DNA from: Lama glama
Taxonomy: Eukaryota
Reading direction: 5' to 3'
Length of the DNA: 64,000 nucleotides
Assembly (NCBI GenBank): GCA_028534125.1
Contig: CM052818.1
Span: 20,710,001 to 20,774,000, forward strand
A program made the position numbers and the translations under genes. Shown in pieces: positions 1 through 13,988 of the stretch. The notes beneath the pieces are model-generated. The model worked only from the letters and a program-made list of their open reading frames with translations, did no database searches and was not told where the DNA came from. The stretch's first letter is position 1, and every line of letters starts with the position of its first letter.

Positions 1-564
1 CCCTGAGCTCCAATCCACCCTCCCTCAGCCTACGGAACACACTGTCCTGGGACAGGTCTATTCACCCTGTTTAAACAGGGCCATTGGCTTTCAGGGTGGT
101 GTCACAGGGAACAGTGCCAGACTCTCCCACCAACCCTTGTAGGAAATTTTCCAGTGAGCATCAGCTAAATTTTTAAGAGAAGAAGTTTCAGCATACCATG
201 AAGAATGTAAGTTTTTAACCCCCAATTTCCTGGTCAGTATCACCAATTTCTCTCTTGTACCCCAAAGTTTGGGAAAATGATGCTTCCTTTTCATGGCCTA
301 TCTCCTTTGGGAGGTAACTGTCCTTTCCCAGGAAACTGTTCAACTGTCTGATTTTCAAATCAAGCAGCCACACACTTGTTCCTTCAGTTAATACGCTTGG
401 TTCAGAAAAAGCAGGTGGAAGGTATCTCTGGAAAACTGTTCTTGGAATATGCATTAAGACTGGTCTCTCCTTCACCAGTCTGTTTGCTCTATTTAGCTGC
501 AGAGTTTACCAAAAACTCTTCTGGTCACTGCCCAGCAGGATCTGCAGTTCAGCTTTCCTTAGAA

Positions 565-740
565 CTTGGACTGGATCCAGGTTCTAAGTCCCTGCCTGAC
601 CAGTTACCAGCTTTGTGATTCCTACTGAATCACTTAATGGCTCTGAGCCTCAGTGTCCTCATCTATACAAAAGAGGCGAGTCATCCCTGCCACCTACTCA
701 CAGTGCTGACTTCAAACAATGAGACAACACACTGAAAACT
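565..740 (+). mobile_element. MIR SINE remnant
   Basis: Core-like sequence tcacttaatggctctgagcctcagtgtcctcatctatacaaa. Confidence 0.7.
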
Positions 741-1216
741 CTAGAAGCCTATGCAGAAGTTAATAATATCTTTGTGAAAAACCTTGTCCCACTAGGATAT
801 TAGCTGTCACCTCTTTGCTCAGCGTTCAGCACTGGTCAGAGAGCCTCAACTCCAATAGCTTATAGTACAATATAGAGAGGACAACTCTTCACATCCATTT
901 ACACTAATGGCTCAGCTGTGGTCTACTCTGAGTTGCAGTTGAATAGCCTAAAACAGGATACTATACCATGGGGTGGGGGTTGGGAGAGATGTCTTTGGAT
1001 GTCCCTAAGGAGACATCCTTTGTCACCGTATAGGAACCCACACAGCACCATTTCTGATAGTGGCATCAAGTGTCAGCTGGACCCCTTCTGTTAACTCTCT
1101 TTAAGGGTCACTGTCTCATGTGGGTCAGTTATGACTGTTAACAAATGCTCTATAAGTGAGAATCCAAACCTATGTCTACTTTTTTTTTTCTTGCTGGAGT
1201 CACATAGAGAAGGTTT

Positions 1217-2950
1217 GCCTCCTTTTTTAAGGATACTTTCTTTTTCAGATATTTCATTGTTAGTATATAGAAATGCAACTGATTTCTGTATGTTGGTTTT
1301 ATATTCTGCAACTTTACTGAATTCATTGATTAGTTCTAACAGTTTTTTGATGGTGTATTTAGGATTTTCTACATATAAGATCATAGTATCTGCAAACAGA
1401 CATAATTTTACTTCCTTTTCAATTTGGATGCTTTTTATTTCTTTTTCTTGCCTAACTGTTCTGGCTAAGACTTCCAGGGCCATGTTGAATAGGAGTAGTG
1501 AGAGAGGGCACCCTTGTTTTGTTCCTAATCCTAGAAGAAAAGCTTTCAACCCTTTACTTTGAGTATGATATTAGCAGTGGGGTTGTCATACATGGCCTTT
1601 CTTATGTTGAGGTACATTCCTTCTATACTCATTCTTCCTTCTAAACTTAACTTATTAAGATTTTTTTTAATCGTGAAAGGAGGCTGTATTTCATCAAATG
1701 CTTTTTCTGCATCTATTGAGATGATCATATAATTTTTATCTTTTATTCTATTAATGTGGTGTATCACATTTATTGATTTGCATATGTTGAACCATTCTTA
1801 AATCTCAGGGATAAATCCCATTTGATCATGATGTTATTGAATTTGATTTGCTAATGTTTTGTTGAAAATGTATGCATGTATAGTCATCAGTGACATTAGT
1901 CTATAGTTTTCTTTTAGTGTCCTTATCTGGCTTTGGCATCAGGGTAATGGTGGCCTTGTAAAATGAGTTTGGAAGTGTTCCTTCCTCTTCAATCTTTTGG
2001 AAGAGTTTGACAAGGATTGGTGTTAATTCTTCTTTAAATGTTTGGTAGAATTTACTAGGGATACCATCTGGTCCTTGGTTTTTCTTTGTTGGGAGGTTTT
2101 GGATTAGTGATTCAATTTCCTTACTCATTATTGGTTTGTTCAGATTTTCTGTTTCCTCATGATTCAGTCTTGATAGGTTGTATGTTTCTAGAAATTTATC
2201 CATTTCTTCGAGATTGTCCAATATGTTGGTGTATAATTATTCATAGTAGTCTTTTATGATTGTTTTTGTTTCTATAGTATCATTGTAATGTTTCTCCTAT
2301 TTCTGATTTTATTTATTTGAATCTTCTTTTTTCTTAGTTTAGTTAAAGGTTTGTCAATTCTGTTTATCTTTTCAGAAAAATAGCTTAGTATTGTTGAGTT
2401 TTCTTAAAATAGCTATTTTGAATTCTTTTTTGGGTAAATAGTAGATCTCCATGTCATTGGGGTCATTTGCTAGAAAATTATCACAATCCTTTGTTTCACA
2501 TCATGTTTCCTTGATTTTTCATGTTCCTTTAAGTTTTGCATTGCTGTTTTTGCATTTGAAGTAGCAATCACTTCCTCTGGCCTTTATTAACCTTTCCAAT
2601 GAGTCCAAACATGTGTTTTCTTTGCTCCAGCAGTGTGCTGGAACATCTCCCCTGGAAATCTGGACTCCACAAAGGCTCTCTCATCCATGGGTGATTGTCT
2701 AAGACAGTGTTTTCCAGGAGCTCTCCATCTACAGTCAAGAAGAGTTGGAGCCCATTCACGGCTTTGAGGTCTGGATGCTTATTACTTGACACACAGGTGG
2801 GCAAGATTCCTCCCAGGCTCCTTGGCATGACGCTGGATCCCACAGCTCCCACACAGCACTTCTGTCTGTGGATGGATGCCAAATTGTTGCTGTTGAGGGG
2901 TGGGATATGACAAGGGACATCTTATTCAGTCTTGATGCTGATGTCATCCT
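1217..2950 (-). mobile_element. LINE-1 remnant: 5' UTR plus ORF1 start fused to ORF2 reverse-transcriptase region; no 3' end
   Basis: Minus ORFs 1901..2221, 1546..1767 and 1091..1549 are L1 ORF2 ([23 protein letters not shown]); ~2390-2950 resembles the L1 ORF1 start and 5' UTR. Confidence 0.88.
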
Positions 2951-3103
2951 GTTAGAAGATATTTGCACACAGAAGCCAGGTCCTTCCCTAGTCCAGACAA
3001 AAACACCTCAAGTGCATTCCACACATGACAGGGCTTCAAACCCTAGGGACCTCCTGGTCATCCTTCTTGGGACACACTTAGGTTTGTCAGTGCCCCTTAA
3101 AGT

Positions 3104-3752
3104 TGTATGTTAGTCATTTATTGCTGTGAAACAAATTACCCTAAAACTAATTTGTTTAAAGCCTTAAGTATATATTGTTTTACACCATTTCTGAATGTTC
3201 TATTCAGTGATTTTTAGTATATTCACAAGGTTTTCAGACTATCACTACTGTGTAATTCCAGAACATTTTCATCATTCCAAAAAGAAAGAGTCAGGAATCC
3301 ATGAATGACTTAGGTGGATGGTTCTGGCTGTGGGTCTCTCATGAGGTCTCAATCAAGAGTCATTCATTTGAAGGCTTGACTAGAATAGGAGGATCTGCTT
3401 CTAAGAAGGCTTATTCACATGCCTGGCAAGTTATTACTGGGTTTTGGCAGGAGGCCTGAGTTCCTGGAGGCCTTAGTTCCTCACCATGGGGACTTCTCCA
3501 TAGGGCTGCTTGAGCATCCTCAAAATATGGCAGTTTGCTTCCTCCAGAGGTAGTGATCCAAAAGGGACAGCAAGAGGGAAGCCATAATATAGTTTATGTC
3601 CTAATAGCACAATTACAACACTATTACTTCTACTTTATTCTGTTCTATAGAAGTCAGTTACTAAGCACAGGCATACTCAAGGAGGGAAATGTGACTTCAC
3701 TTTTTGAAGGGAGCAGCATCAAAGAGCTTATGGACATAATCTAAAACCAGCA
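3104..3752. mobile_element. MLT1-type (ERVL-MaLR) solo LTR, interrupted at ~3185-3290 by a short L1 3' fragment
   Basis: MaLR-like start (attgctgtgaaacaaattaccctaaaact), body (ggttctggctgtgggtctctcatgagg) and end. Confidence 0.75.
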
Positions 3753-3859
3753 GTGTGCTTTTCAAAACTGGCCACTGTGGTCAAGATGAAGTATGATGAG
3801 TTTAGTCTGCTGTCAGGCTATCACCTCCTTTGATGTGTACTTTCATCTTTTCTTAATGC

Positions 3860-4075
3860 AAGTGTGGTACAGTGGTCAGGTACACAGGACCTGCAGTCAG
3901 AGAACTGGGTTCAAAGCCTGGCTCTCCCCTTCCTAGCTGGGTGCCCTCAGGCAAGTCACTTAATCTCAGGTTCCTTTTTTGTACCATGAAGATAGTAACA
4001 GCCACTTACAGAGTTGTTCTGACAATCCTGGAAATGCTTGGCTTAATTCTCAATACGTTCTCAGTAAGTGTTAAT
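3860..4075 (+). mobile_element. MIR SINE
   Basis: ctgggttcaaagcctggctct...ggcaagtcacttaatctc core. Confidence 0.8.
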
Positions 4076-4249
4076 GAAACTCAAGATGGAGTGCTTCATA
4101 AAGCAGCCATTTCGGTCTGGTGATTCATTTAAGAGCTCATAGCCAACTCAAAATTACAGTTTTCACCTTATTAAACCATGAAGTCTGGTCTCTCAGCCTG
4201 AATTTCTGTAAATATCTTTAAAATTACTCTTTTTAGATTAAGAGTTAAG

Positions 4250-4900
4250 TTTTTTTAGATTAAGATTCACATGCCATTAAATTCACCAGTTTCCAATATA
4301 CAACTCAATGGTATGTAGTTTATTCACAAGACTGCATAACCATCACCAGTATCTAATTCAAGAACATGTTCATTGTCCCCAAAAGAAACCCCCATACCTA
4401 TGAGCTATCATTCCCCATTACCCCTATCTCTACCCTCTGCCAGCCACTAATCTACCTTTTATCTCTATGGATTTGCCTAGTCTGGCAGTTCATTTAAGTG
4501 GAATCATACAATATGTGGCCTTTTGTGTTTGTCTTCTTTCACTGAAGACAATGTTTTTAAGGTTTATCCACACAGTAGCATGTATCAGAACTTTATTCCT
4601 TTCAGTGGCTGAATAATATTCCATTGGACTGCATTTTATTTACTTATTCATCAGTTGATGGACAGTTGGGTTGTTTCTCCTTTTCTGCTGTTACAAATGC
4701 TGCTATGAACTTTCATGTACAAGTTTTTGTATGAACATATGTTTTCATTTCTCATGGGTATATATCCAGGGGTGGAATTGCTGGGGCATATGGCAACTCT
4801 ATGTTTAACTTTTTGAGGAACCGCCAAACTGTTTTCCACAGTGTCTGAGCCATTTTTTACATTCCGCTAGCAATTTATGAGGGTTCTAATTTCTCCACGT
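4250..4900 (-). mobile_element. Old L1M 3' end (ORF2 C-terminus plus 3' UTR)
   Basis: ORF 4651..4839 (MENSLAVPQKVKHRVAICPSNSTPGYIP) is typical decayed L1 3' sequence. Confidence 0.85.
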
Positions 4901-5914
4901 TGTAAATCACTTTTTTAAAAAACAGTAACAATAGAGGAGTTCAAGGTCAATTTTATTAAATTTCCTTTTATTGATATCAGGCAACTTTTCAGTAATTTGA
5001 GGTGATTTTGAACCCTGGTTTTCCCAATCTTATGTTTTTATTTGATTTACCAATCAACCTGTTGTATAGAAATGTCATCCTGATTAGGGAATGAGATAGG
5101 AACCTAATCCATGTTTCCTCATCATTTCCACAAAGATATCATGAAAGACATCAGACATTTTGCTTACATCAACAAACTCCAGATCTTCCAAATTTTCTGG
5201 ATTATAGTAATAATATCTATAGTTATAACCAGATTATGGTTAAAATGAAATTCTCAAAAAGGAGTTTAGGAATCAATAAATATATTCTCCTTATTTTAGA
5301 TAAGGAGAAACAAAATGAGTGACCTTCCCAAAGTTACTAGGTAGTGTCAGAGACAGAACTTGAGTCCAGTTCCATTTTTCACCCTGTTGTTCTTCGTAGT
5401 GTATCACTCAGAGCACAGGTGAAGGGAACAGTCCCCTGACGGTTGGCAGGGCACATTCATTTAGTTTGCTGGCAAAACAGGCATCTCTTTAACTAAAAGC
5501 ATCTCTTTTCCCCGAGCCAGAGCCACAACCCTAGCTATGGCATAACATCTCTAGTAAACCCATTTTGGTTCCTTTAATCACCTCTTTTTCTTTAAATCTA
5601 AAAAACGCATGACATTTTCACTTTTTAAATGCTAATAAATCATCTTTTTGATAATGTAGTTTAAAAGCTGTGAGTGGGAAAGTTTACTAGTCTGTATTTC
5701 CTATAACCTACATTTTCTGCTTTGGTAAAAACCTTTTACCCCATCTTCAGTCACCTCTTCTTTTTCTTCATTATTTCACACAAATTCCCAAGAATGATTT
5801 TGTCACATCCATGTTTCACTGCTGTGGTTTGTATTTGTTCACACTCAGAGACTTTAACTCATGTAAACTATCTAGACAGCATCTCACTATTTTTTTTCTT
5901 TTTCCTTTTTTTTA

Positions 5915-6110
5915 ATGTTTTAAATAGCTTTATTGAGATATAATTTACATACATAAAATTCACCAATTTAAAGTATTCAACTCAGTGGTTTTTGGTACAT
6001 TCACAGGGCTGTGCAACCCCAAAACCTAATCTTGGGGCATTTTCATCACTCCAAAAAGAAAACCCATAACCATTAGCGGCCACTCCTCATCTCCTCTCCC
6101 AACTCCTCCA
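5915..6110 (-). mobile_element. L1M 3' terminal fragment
   Basis: atagctttattgagatataatttacatac...catcactccaaaaagaaaacccataaccattagc. Confidence 0.8.
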
Positions 6111-7258
6111 GAATATTCATTTTTTCTTTCATGGCAAAACTGAGTCTTTTTTCATGATATTTATCCTACACTTTCCAATCTGAATATCATTATCCTTGGC
6201 GAAGAAACAAGCAAAAGTTAAGTGTTACTATTTTTTTCTTTCAGTCACCTGGAGTTAACTCACTATCTTTTTCAAAGAGTATCCTATTCCTTGGTTTTTT
6301 TCACTTCCTGTCTTAGAACACACTCATTGCAAGTCCTCTTTCCACAGTTGTCCCACATAAAAAAGGAGGAGGAAATGCCTTACATACTGTATGAAATACG
6401 CTCCAAGATGTATTGTTGAAACAAGCACAGGACAGAATCATAAACATACATTACTACGTTTTGTGTAAAATCTGAAAAGAAAGAATATAGATCATATCTC
6501 ATTGATTCTAAAAGCACATATTTTCACCTTTGACGTCTCTGAAATTAGAACTCACTGTACAATCGATGGCAAATCACAGTTTAATTGCAGTGCTTTAAAA
6601 AATTTTTTTAAGTTGTACAACATACAATAATTACAGTGTATGTATAATATATACCATATAATGCAGCATACCATATAATATATAGGATATACATTAATAA
6701 CATATAACCATAATAATGGTGCATCTTGCAATCCATAGGATCCTAGGTTTGATAAGTATATTATTTCATTTGATTGCATATGCAAATAATTTTCTCTGGG
6801 AGAATTTGCAAGAAACTGGTAAAAAAGATTGCTTATAGGGAGGGGAACTAAGTGGCTGAAGGGCATAGGCGACGAGATTTCTGTTGTACACCCTTTTGTA
6901 TCCCTTCACGTTTTGAATCACGTAACTATGTTAATAAATGAAACACTTGAACAATAATTCAGATTTGAAAAGTGCAAGTGGACACAAGTCCTCCTGACAC
7001 CACTACTTTGTTCAGATTCATACTCAGTTTTGTTCTTGTTCCCAGTAATGGCTGTGCCATCATGTCCACCATTCTTAATCCAAGTCCAGCACTGTGCCTG
7101 GCCAGGCACTAACTCTAACTGACATCATCCCTTTCTCCCAAGTATTTCTGGTCACTTGTCAGTCATCAACCAGATCTTTATTGGTTAAAATTAAGTTCAC
7201 TACAGCTGTTGCCCCTCATTGCTTCCTTTATATTTCTGATGAAACCATTCCAGTGTTT

Positions 7259-9336
7259 CTGGTCAAGATGGCAGAGTAGCAGGACCATGAGCTCACCTCC
7301 TCTCATGACTACAACAAAACCACAACTGACTGCTAAACAACCATTGAAAAGAAGACTGGAATCTAGCAAGAAAGATCTTCAACTGGAAACATAAGGCGGG
7401 AACCACAGTCGTATGGTAGGAGGGGCATGCTTGCTATATAATCAGGCCCCGTACCCGCTGAGTGCACAACCCACAAGCTGGAGAAAAACTGAATTGCAAA
7501 GGCCCTCCCATGGGGTAACAGTTCTGAGCCCTGCGTCAGGCTCCCCAGCCTGGGGTTCTGGCATTTGGAGGAGAAGACTCCAGAACATCTGGTTTTGAAG
7601 GCCAGTGGGGCTTAACTGCAGGGGCTCCAAGGGGCTTGGGGAGAAAGAGTCTTCATTCTCTTGGGAAGCATACACAGAATCTTGTGTTTCCCAGGAACAA
7701 GAGCAGAGGCAGTGATTTCATAGGAACTGGGCCAGACTTGTCTGCTGGTTTTGGAAGGTCTCCTGTGGAGGTGGAGGATGGCTGTGGCTCACCCTGGGGA
7801 CATAAAAGCTGGTGGTGGACATTTGGGGAATGTTCATCTACATGAGCTTTCCTGGAGGCTGACATCTGCCAAGCACCAAGACCTAGTCCCACCCAACAGC
7901 CTGTAGGTTTAAGTGCCGGGAAGCCTCAGTCCGAACAACATATTGGGTAGGAATGCAGCTCCACTCATCAGCAGACTTCCTAAGCCCACAGCCACCTCTA
8001 GACATGCCCCTACACACAGTCCTGCCCACCAGAGGTCCAGGAACAAGCTCCACCCAGCAGTGTACAGGCACCAACTCCTCCTGCCAGGGAACCTGCACAA
8101 GCCTCTAGTCCAGCCTCACCCACCGGGGGCAGACAGCCGAAGTAAAAAAACAACAATCCCAAAGCCTGTGGAAGGAACCCACAAAGGCGGGCTGGACTCC
8201 ACGCTGGGACCACCTGGACCCTGGTCCTTGGATGACAAGAGAGGAGTGCACTGCTGGGACAGTGCTAGGATGTCTCCTACAGAGGGCCACTTCTCCAAGG
8301 TCAAGAAACATAACTAACCTACCTAAAAATACAAATAGAAAGACAGACAATATGAGGTGGCAGAGGAATATCTCACAGACCAAGGCACAAGATAAAGTCC
8401 CAGAAGAAGAAATAAGTAATGAGGAGATAGGCAATCCAAGAAAGAGTTTAAAGTAATGATTGTGAAGATGATCAGAGAACTCAGGAGGAGAATAAATGTA
8501 TAGAGTGAAGTTTTTAGCAAAGAGTTAGAAAATAAAAAGAATACCCAAACAGAGTTGAAGAATAAAATTACTGAAATGAATAATACACTAGAAGGAACCA
8601 AGAACAGACTAAATGAGGCAGAAGAATGGATCAGTGAGCTACAAAATATTGGAAATCACTACCACAGAACAGAAAAAAGGATGAAAAGAAATAGGGATAG
8701 TCTAAGAGACCTCTGGGACAATATGAAGCATACTAATATTCACATTATAGGGGTCCCAGAAAGAGAAGAGAGAAAGGACCTGAAAAAACATTTGAAGAGA
8801 TAATAGTTGAAAACGTCCCTAACCTGGGAAAGGAAACAGTCACCCAAGTCCAGGAAGTACAGAGAGTTCCACATAGAATTAACCCAGAGAGGAACACATT
8901 GAGGCACACAGTAATCAAATTGATAAAAATTAAAGATAAGGATAAAATATTAAAATCAGCAAGAGAAAAGCAACAAATAACATACACGGGAACTCCCATA
9001 AGATTATCAGATGGTTTTTCAGCAGAAACTCTACAGGCCAGAGGGAGTGGCACAATATATTTAAAGTGATGAAAGGGAAAAAGCTGCAACCAAGAATACT
9101 CTACCTAGCAAGGCTCCTGTACAGACTTGAGGGAGAAATCAAAAGCTTCACAGATAAGCACAAGCTGAAAGAATTCAGCACCACCAAATCAGCTTTACAA
9201 CAAATGTTAAAGGAACTTCTCTAGGGAAAAAAAGGGCCACAACTAGAAATAAGAAAAGTAATCATGAGGGGAGGAGGGTATGAATGCAGGGTATCTAAAA
9301 TGCATTTGAAATTAAAAGATCAGCAACTTAAAACAG

Positions 9337-9372
<36 letters not shown>

Positions 9373-12300
9373 TTCTAAACCAAAACCTCATGGTACCTGC
9401 AAACCAGTGTAACTCTACAGTCATCAAACCACAAGAGAAGAAAACAAAAAGAAAGAGAAAAAAAGACCTACAAAAACAAATCCAAAACAATTAACAAAAT
9501 GGCAATAAAAACATACATGTTGATAATTATCTTAAATGTAAATGGATTAAATACTCCAACCAAAAGATATAGACTGGAAGAATGAATACAAAAATAAGAC
9601 CTGTATATATGATGTCTACAAGAGACCGATTTCAGAGCTAGAGGCACATACAGGCTGAAAGTGAAGGGATGGAAAACAATACTCGATGCCAATGGTAACC
9701 AAAAGAAAGCTGGAGTAGCAATACTTATATCAGACAAAATAAATTTTAAAATAAAGACTGTTACTGAAAACAAAGAAGGACACTACATAAAGCTCAAGGA
9801 ACCAATCCATGAAGAAGATATAACCATTGTAAATATATATGCACTCGACATAGGAGCACCTCAATATATAAGGCAACTGTTAACAGACATAAAAGGAGAA
9901 ACCTACAATAACAATAATAGTGGGGGACCTTAACACCCCACTTACATCATCCAGACAGAAAATCAATATGGAAATACAGACTTTATGGCCTTAATTGGTA
10001 TTTATAGAGCATTCCATCCCAAAGCAGCAGAATACACATTCTTCTCAAGTGCACACAGAACATTCTCCAGAATCAACCACAGGCTGGCCCTCAAAGCAAG
10101 CCTCAGTATATTTAAGAAAACTGAAATCATATCAAGCATCTTTTCCAACCACAATGCTATAAGATTAGAAATCAGCTACAAGAAAAGAACTGCAAAAACC
10201 ACAAACACGTGGAGGCTAAACAATATGTTACTAAAAAAACCAGTGGATCACTGAGGAAATCAAAGAGAAAATAAAAAAATACTTTGAGACAAATGAAAAT
10301 GAAAACACAACAACCCAAAACGTCTGGAACACAGCAAAACAGTTATAAGAAGGAAGTTTATAGTAATACAAGCTTATCTCAGGAAACAAGAGAAATCTCA
10401 AACAATCTAACCTTACATCTAAAGCAACTAGAGAAAGAAAAACAAACAAAACCCAAAGTTAGTAGAAGGAAAGAAATCATAAAGATTAGAGCAGAAATAA
10501 ATGAAATAGAGACTAAAAACAAAAAAGATCAGTGAAACTAAAAGCTGGTCTTTGAAAAGATAAACAAAATTAATAAACCTTTAGTGAGATTCATCAAGAA
10601 AAAAAGGGAGAGGGCCCAAATTAATAACATCAGAAATGAATAAGGAGAAGTTACAACTGACACCACAGAAATACAAGGGATCACAAGAGGCTACTTTGAG
10701 CAACTATATGCCAACAAAAAGCACAACCTAGAAGAAATGGACAATTTCTTAGAAAGGTACAATTTCCCAAGACTGAACCAGGAAGAAATAGAACATATGA
10801 ATAGACCAATTACCAGTACTGAAATTGAATCAGTAATGAAAAAACTCCAAACAAACAAAAGTCCAGGACAAGATGGCTTCACAGGTGAATTCTACCAAAC
10901 ATTTAGAGAAGAGTTAACACCTATCCTTTGAAACTATTCCAAAAAATTGCAGAGGAAAGAACACTTCTGAACTCATTCTGTGAGGCCATCACCACCCTGA
11001 TACCAAAACCAGACAAAGATATCACAGAAAAAGAAAGCTACAGGCCAATATCACTTATGAATATAGATGCAAAAATCCTCAGCAAAATACTAGCAAATTG
11101 ACTCCAACAATGCATTAAAAGGATCATACACCATGAACAGGTGGGATTTATTGCCCGGATGCAAGAATTTTTCAGTATCTGTAAATCAGTCAATGTGATA
11201 CACCACATTAACAAATGGAAGAATAAAACCATACGACCATCTCAATAGATACAGAAAAAGCTTTTGATAAAATTCAACATCCATTTATGATAAAAACTCT
11301 CCAGAAAGTGGGCATAAAGGGATCATACCTCAACATAATAAAGGCCATATATGACAAGCCCACAGTTAACATCATACTTAATGGTGAAAACCTGAAAGCA
11401 TTTCCTCTAAGATTAGGAACAAGACAAGGATGTCCACTCTCACCACTTTCATTCAACATAGTTTTGGAAGTCCTAGCCATAGCAATCAGAGGGAAAAAAA
11501 AAAAAGAAATAAAAGGAATCCAAGTTGGAAAGGAAGAAGTAAAACTGTCACTGTTTGCATATGACATGATACTATACATAGAAAATCCTAAAGAGGCTAC
11601 CAGAAAACTACTAGAGCTCATCGGTGAATTTGGTAAAGTTGCAGGATATAAATTTAATATACAGAAACCAGTTGCATTTCTATACACTAACAATGAAATA
11701 GCAAAAAAAGAAATTAAGGAAACAATACCATTTACCATTGCACCACAGAGAATAAAATACCTAGTATTTACCTACCCAAGTAGGCAAAGGACCTGTACTC
11801 AGAAAACTATAAGACACTGATAAAAGAAATTGAAGATGACACAAACAGATGGAAAGATATACCATGTTCTTCGATCGGAAGAATCAATATTGTTAAAATG
11901 ATCATAATAACCAAGGCAATATACAGATTCAGTGAGATCCCTATCAAATTACCAATGAGATTTTTCACAGATTTGGAACAAAAAATGTTAAAATTTATAT
12001 GGAAACACAAAAGACCCCAAATAGCCAAAACAATCTTGAAAAAGGAGAACGGAGCTGGGGGAATCACATTCCCTGACTTCAGACTATATTACAAAGCTAC
12101 AGTAATCAAAACAGTGTGGTACTGGCACAAAAACAGACACATAGATCAATGGAACAGGATAGAAAGTCCAGAAATAAGTCCATGCACTTATGGTCAATTA
12201 ATCTATGACAAAGGAGGCAAGAATATACAATGGAGAAAAGACAGTATCTTCAATAAGTGGTGGTGGGAAAACTGTACAGCTACCTGTAAAAGACTGAAAT

Positions 12301-13620
12301 TAGAACATTCTCTAATACTATATACAAAAGTAAACTGGATTAAAGACCTAAATATAAGAATGGTTACTATAAAACTCCTGGAGGAAAACATAGGCAGAAC
12401 ACTATTTGACACAAATCACAGCAATATATTTTTTTAGGACCAGCTCCTAGAGTAATGGAAATAAAAGCAAAAATAAATAATTGGGGCCAAATTAAACTTA
12501 AAAGCTTTTTCACAGCTAAATATACCATCAACAAAATGAAAATACAACCTACAGACTGGGAGAAAATATTCGCAAATGACAAGGAACTAATTTCCAAAAT
12601 ATACAAACAGCTCATACACCTTAATATATATATCTAAAAAAAATCAACCCAATCAAAAAATTGGCAGAAGATTTAAACAGATCTCTCTACAAAGAAGACA
12701 TCTAGATGGCCAGCAGGCACATGAAAAGAAGTTCAACATCGCTAATTGTTGGAGAAATGCAAATCAAAACTACAATGAGGTATTACCTCACACCAGTCAG
12801 AATGTCATCATTAAAAAGTCCATAAATGATAAATTCTGGGGAGAGTGTGGAGAAAAAGGAACCCTCCTACACTGTTGGTGGGAATGTAAGTTGGTGCAGC
12901 CCTGGGTAGGACAGTATGGAGGTTCCTTAAAAAACTAAAAATAAACTTACCATATGATGCAGCAATCTCACTCCTGGACATATATTGGGAGAAAAATATA
13001 ATTCAAAAAGACGCATGAACCCCAATGTTCCCAGTAGCACTACTTACATTAGCCAAGACATGGAAACAACCTAAATGTCTATCGGCAGATGAATGGATAA
13101 AGAAGTTGTGGTGTATACACACATATAAATACAATGGACTACTACTCAGCTATAAAAAAGAATAAAATAATGCCATTTGCAGCAACATAGATGGACCTGG
13201 AGATCATCATTCTAAGTGAAATAAGCCAGAAAGAGAAAGAAAAATGCCATATGATATCACTCATATATGGAATCTAAAAAATAAGAAAAAAGAAGACACT
13301 AGTGAACTCATCTACAAAACTTAAACAGAATCATAGACATAGTAAACAATCTTATGGTTAATGAGGGAAAGGAGGTGGAAAGGGATAAACTTGGGAGTTT
13401 GAGATTTCAAATATTAATACTATATATAAAATAGATTTAAAAATAATTTCTTCTGTATAGCACAGGAAAGTGTATTCAACATTTTATAATAACCTTTGAT
13501 GAAAAAGAAATATGAAAACAAATGTATGTGTATATATATATATATATATATGACTGGGACATTATGCTGTACAATAGAAAATGACATGTTACTGACTATA
13601 CTTCAATAAACCAAAAAAAT
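7259..13620 (+). mobile_element. Near full-length decayed LINE-1 (5' UTR, ORF1 ~8352-9223, ORF2 ~9498-13280, 3' UTR, A tail)
   Basis: 5' YY1-type CAAGATGGC at 7264; ORF1 fragments; ORF2 EN (NGNQKKAGVAILISDK), RT ([19 protein letters not shown]) and C-terminal fragments separated by stops and frameshifts; AATAAA and A-rich tail near 13605-13620. Confidence 0.96.
9339..9370. repeat. (GT)16 microsatellite in the L1 inter-ORF spacer
   Basis: Read directly. Confidence 0.97.
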
Positions 13621-13656
13621 CTATTTAAAGTAAAATCAAAGTTGTTATCATTGTAA

Positions 13657-13988
13657 CAGAAAAAAGAAATGCCATATGATATTGCTTACATGTGGAATCT
13701 AAAAAAGACACAAATGAACTTATTTACAAAACGGAAACAGACTCACAGACATAGAGAACAAACTTATGGTTACCAGGGGGGTAAAAGGAGTGGAAAGGGA
13801 TGAATTGGGAGTTTAAAATTGGTACCTCTTGGGGAATGATGGAAATATTAGGTATCTTGATTATGGTGGTAGTTTCATAGGTGTATACATCTATCAAAAT
13901 CCATCAAATTATACATCTGAAATATGTGTAGTTTACTGTACAGAAATTATACCACAATAAAGTTATTTAAAAATTTAAAAAAAGAAAA
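13657..13988 (+). mobile_element. Second L1 3'-UTR fragment (~13657-13820) joined to an older L1M 3' tail (~13825-13988)
   Basis: First part is a diverged equivalent of 13227-13410; second part has gatggaaatattaggtatcttgattatggtggtag...caataaa and an A tail. Confidence 0.78.

Noticed and set aside
7413..8434. Dense overlapping ORFs on both strands (ORF0-like candidate)
   Set aside because: They lie in the GC-richer L1 5' UTR, several use non-ATG starts, and none shows recognisable homology; consistent with chance.
8352..13280. Active L1 or novel reverse-transcriptase system
   Set aside because: ORF1 and ORF2 are broken by many stops and frameshifts, and the RT FADD motif reads FAYD.
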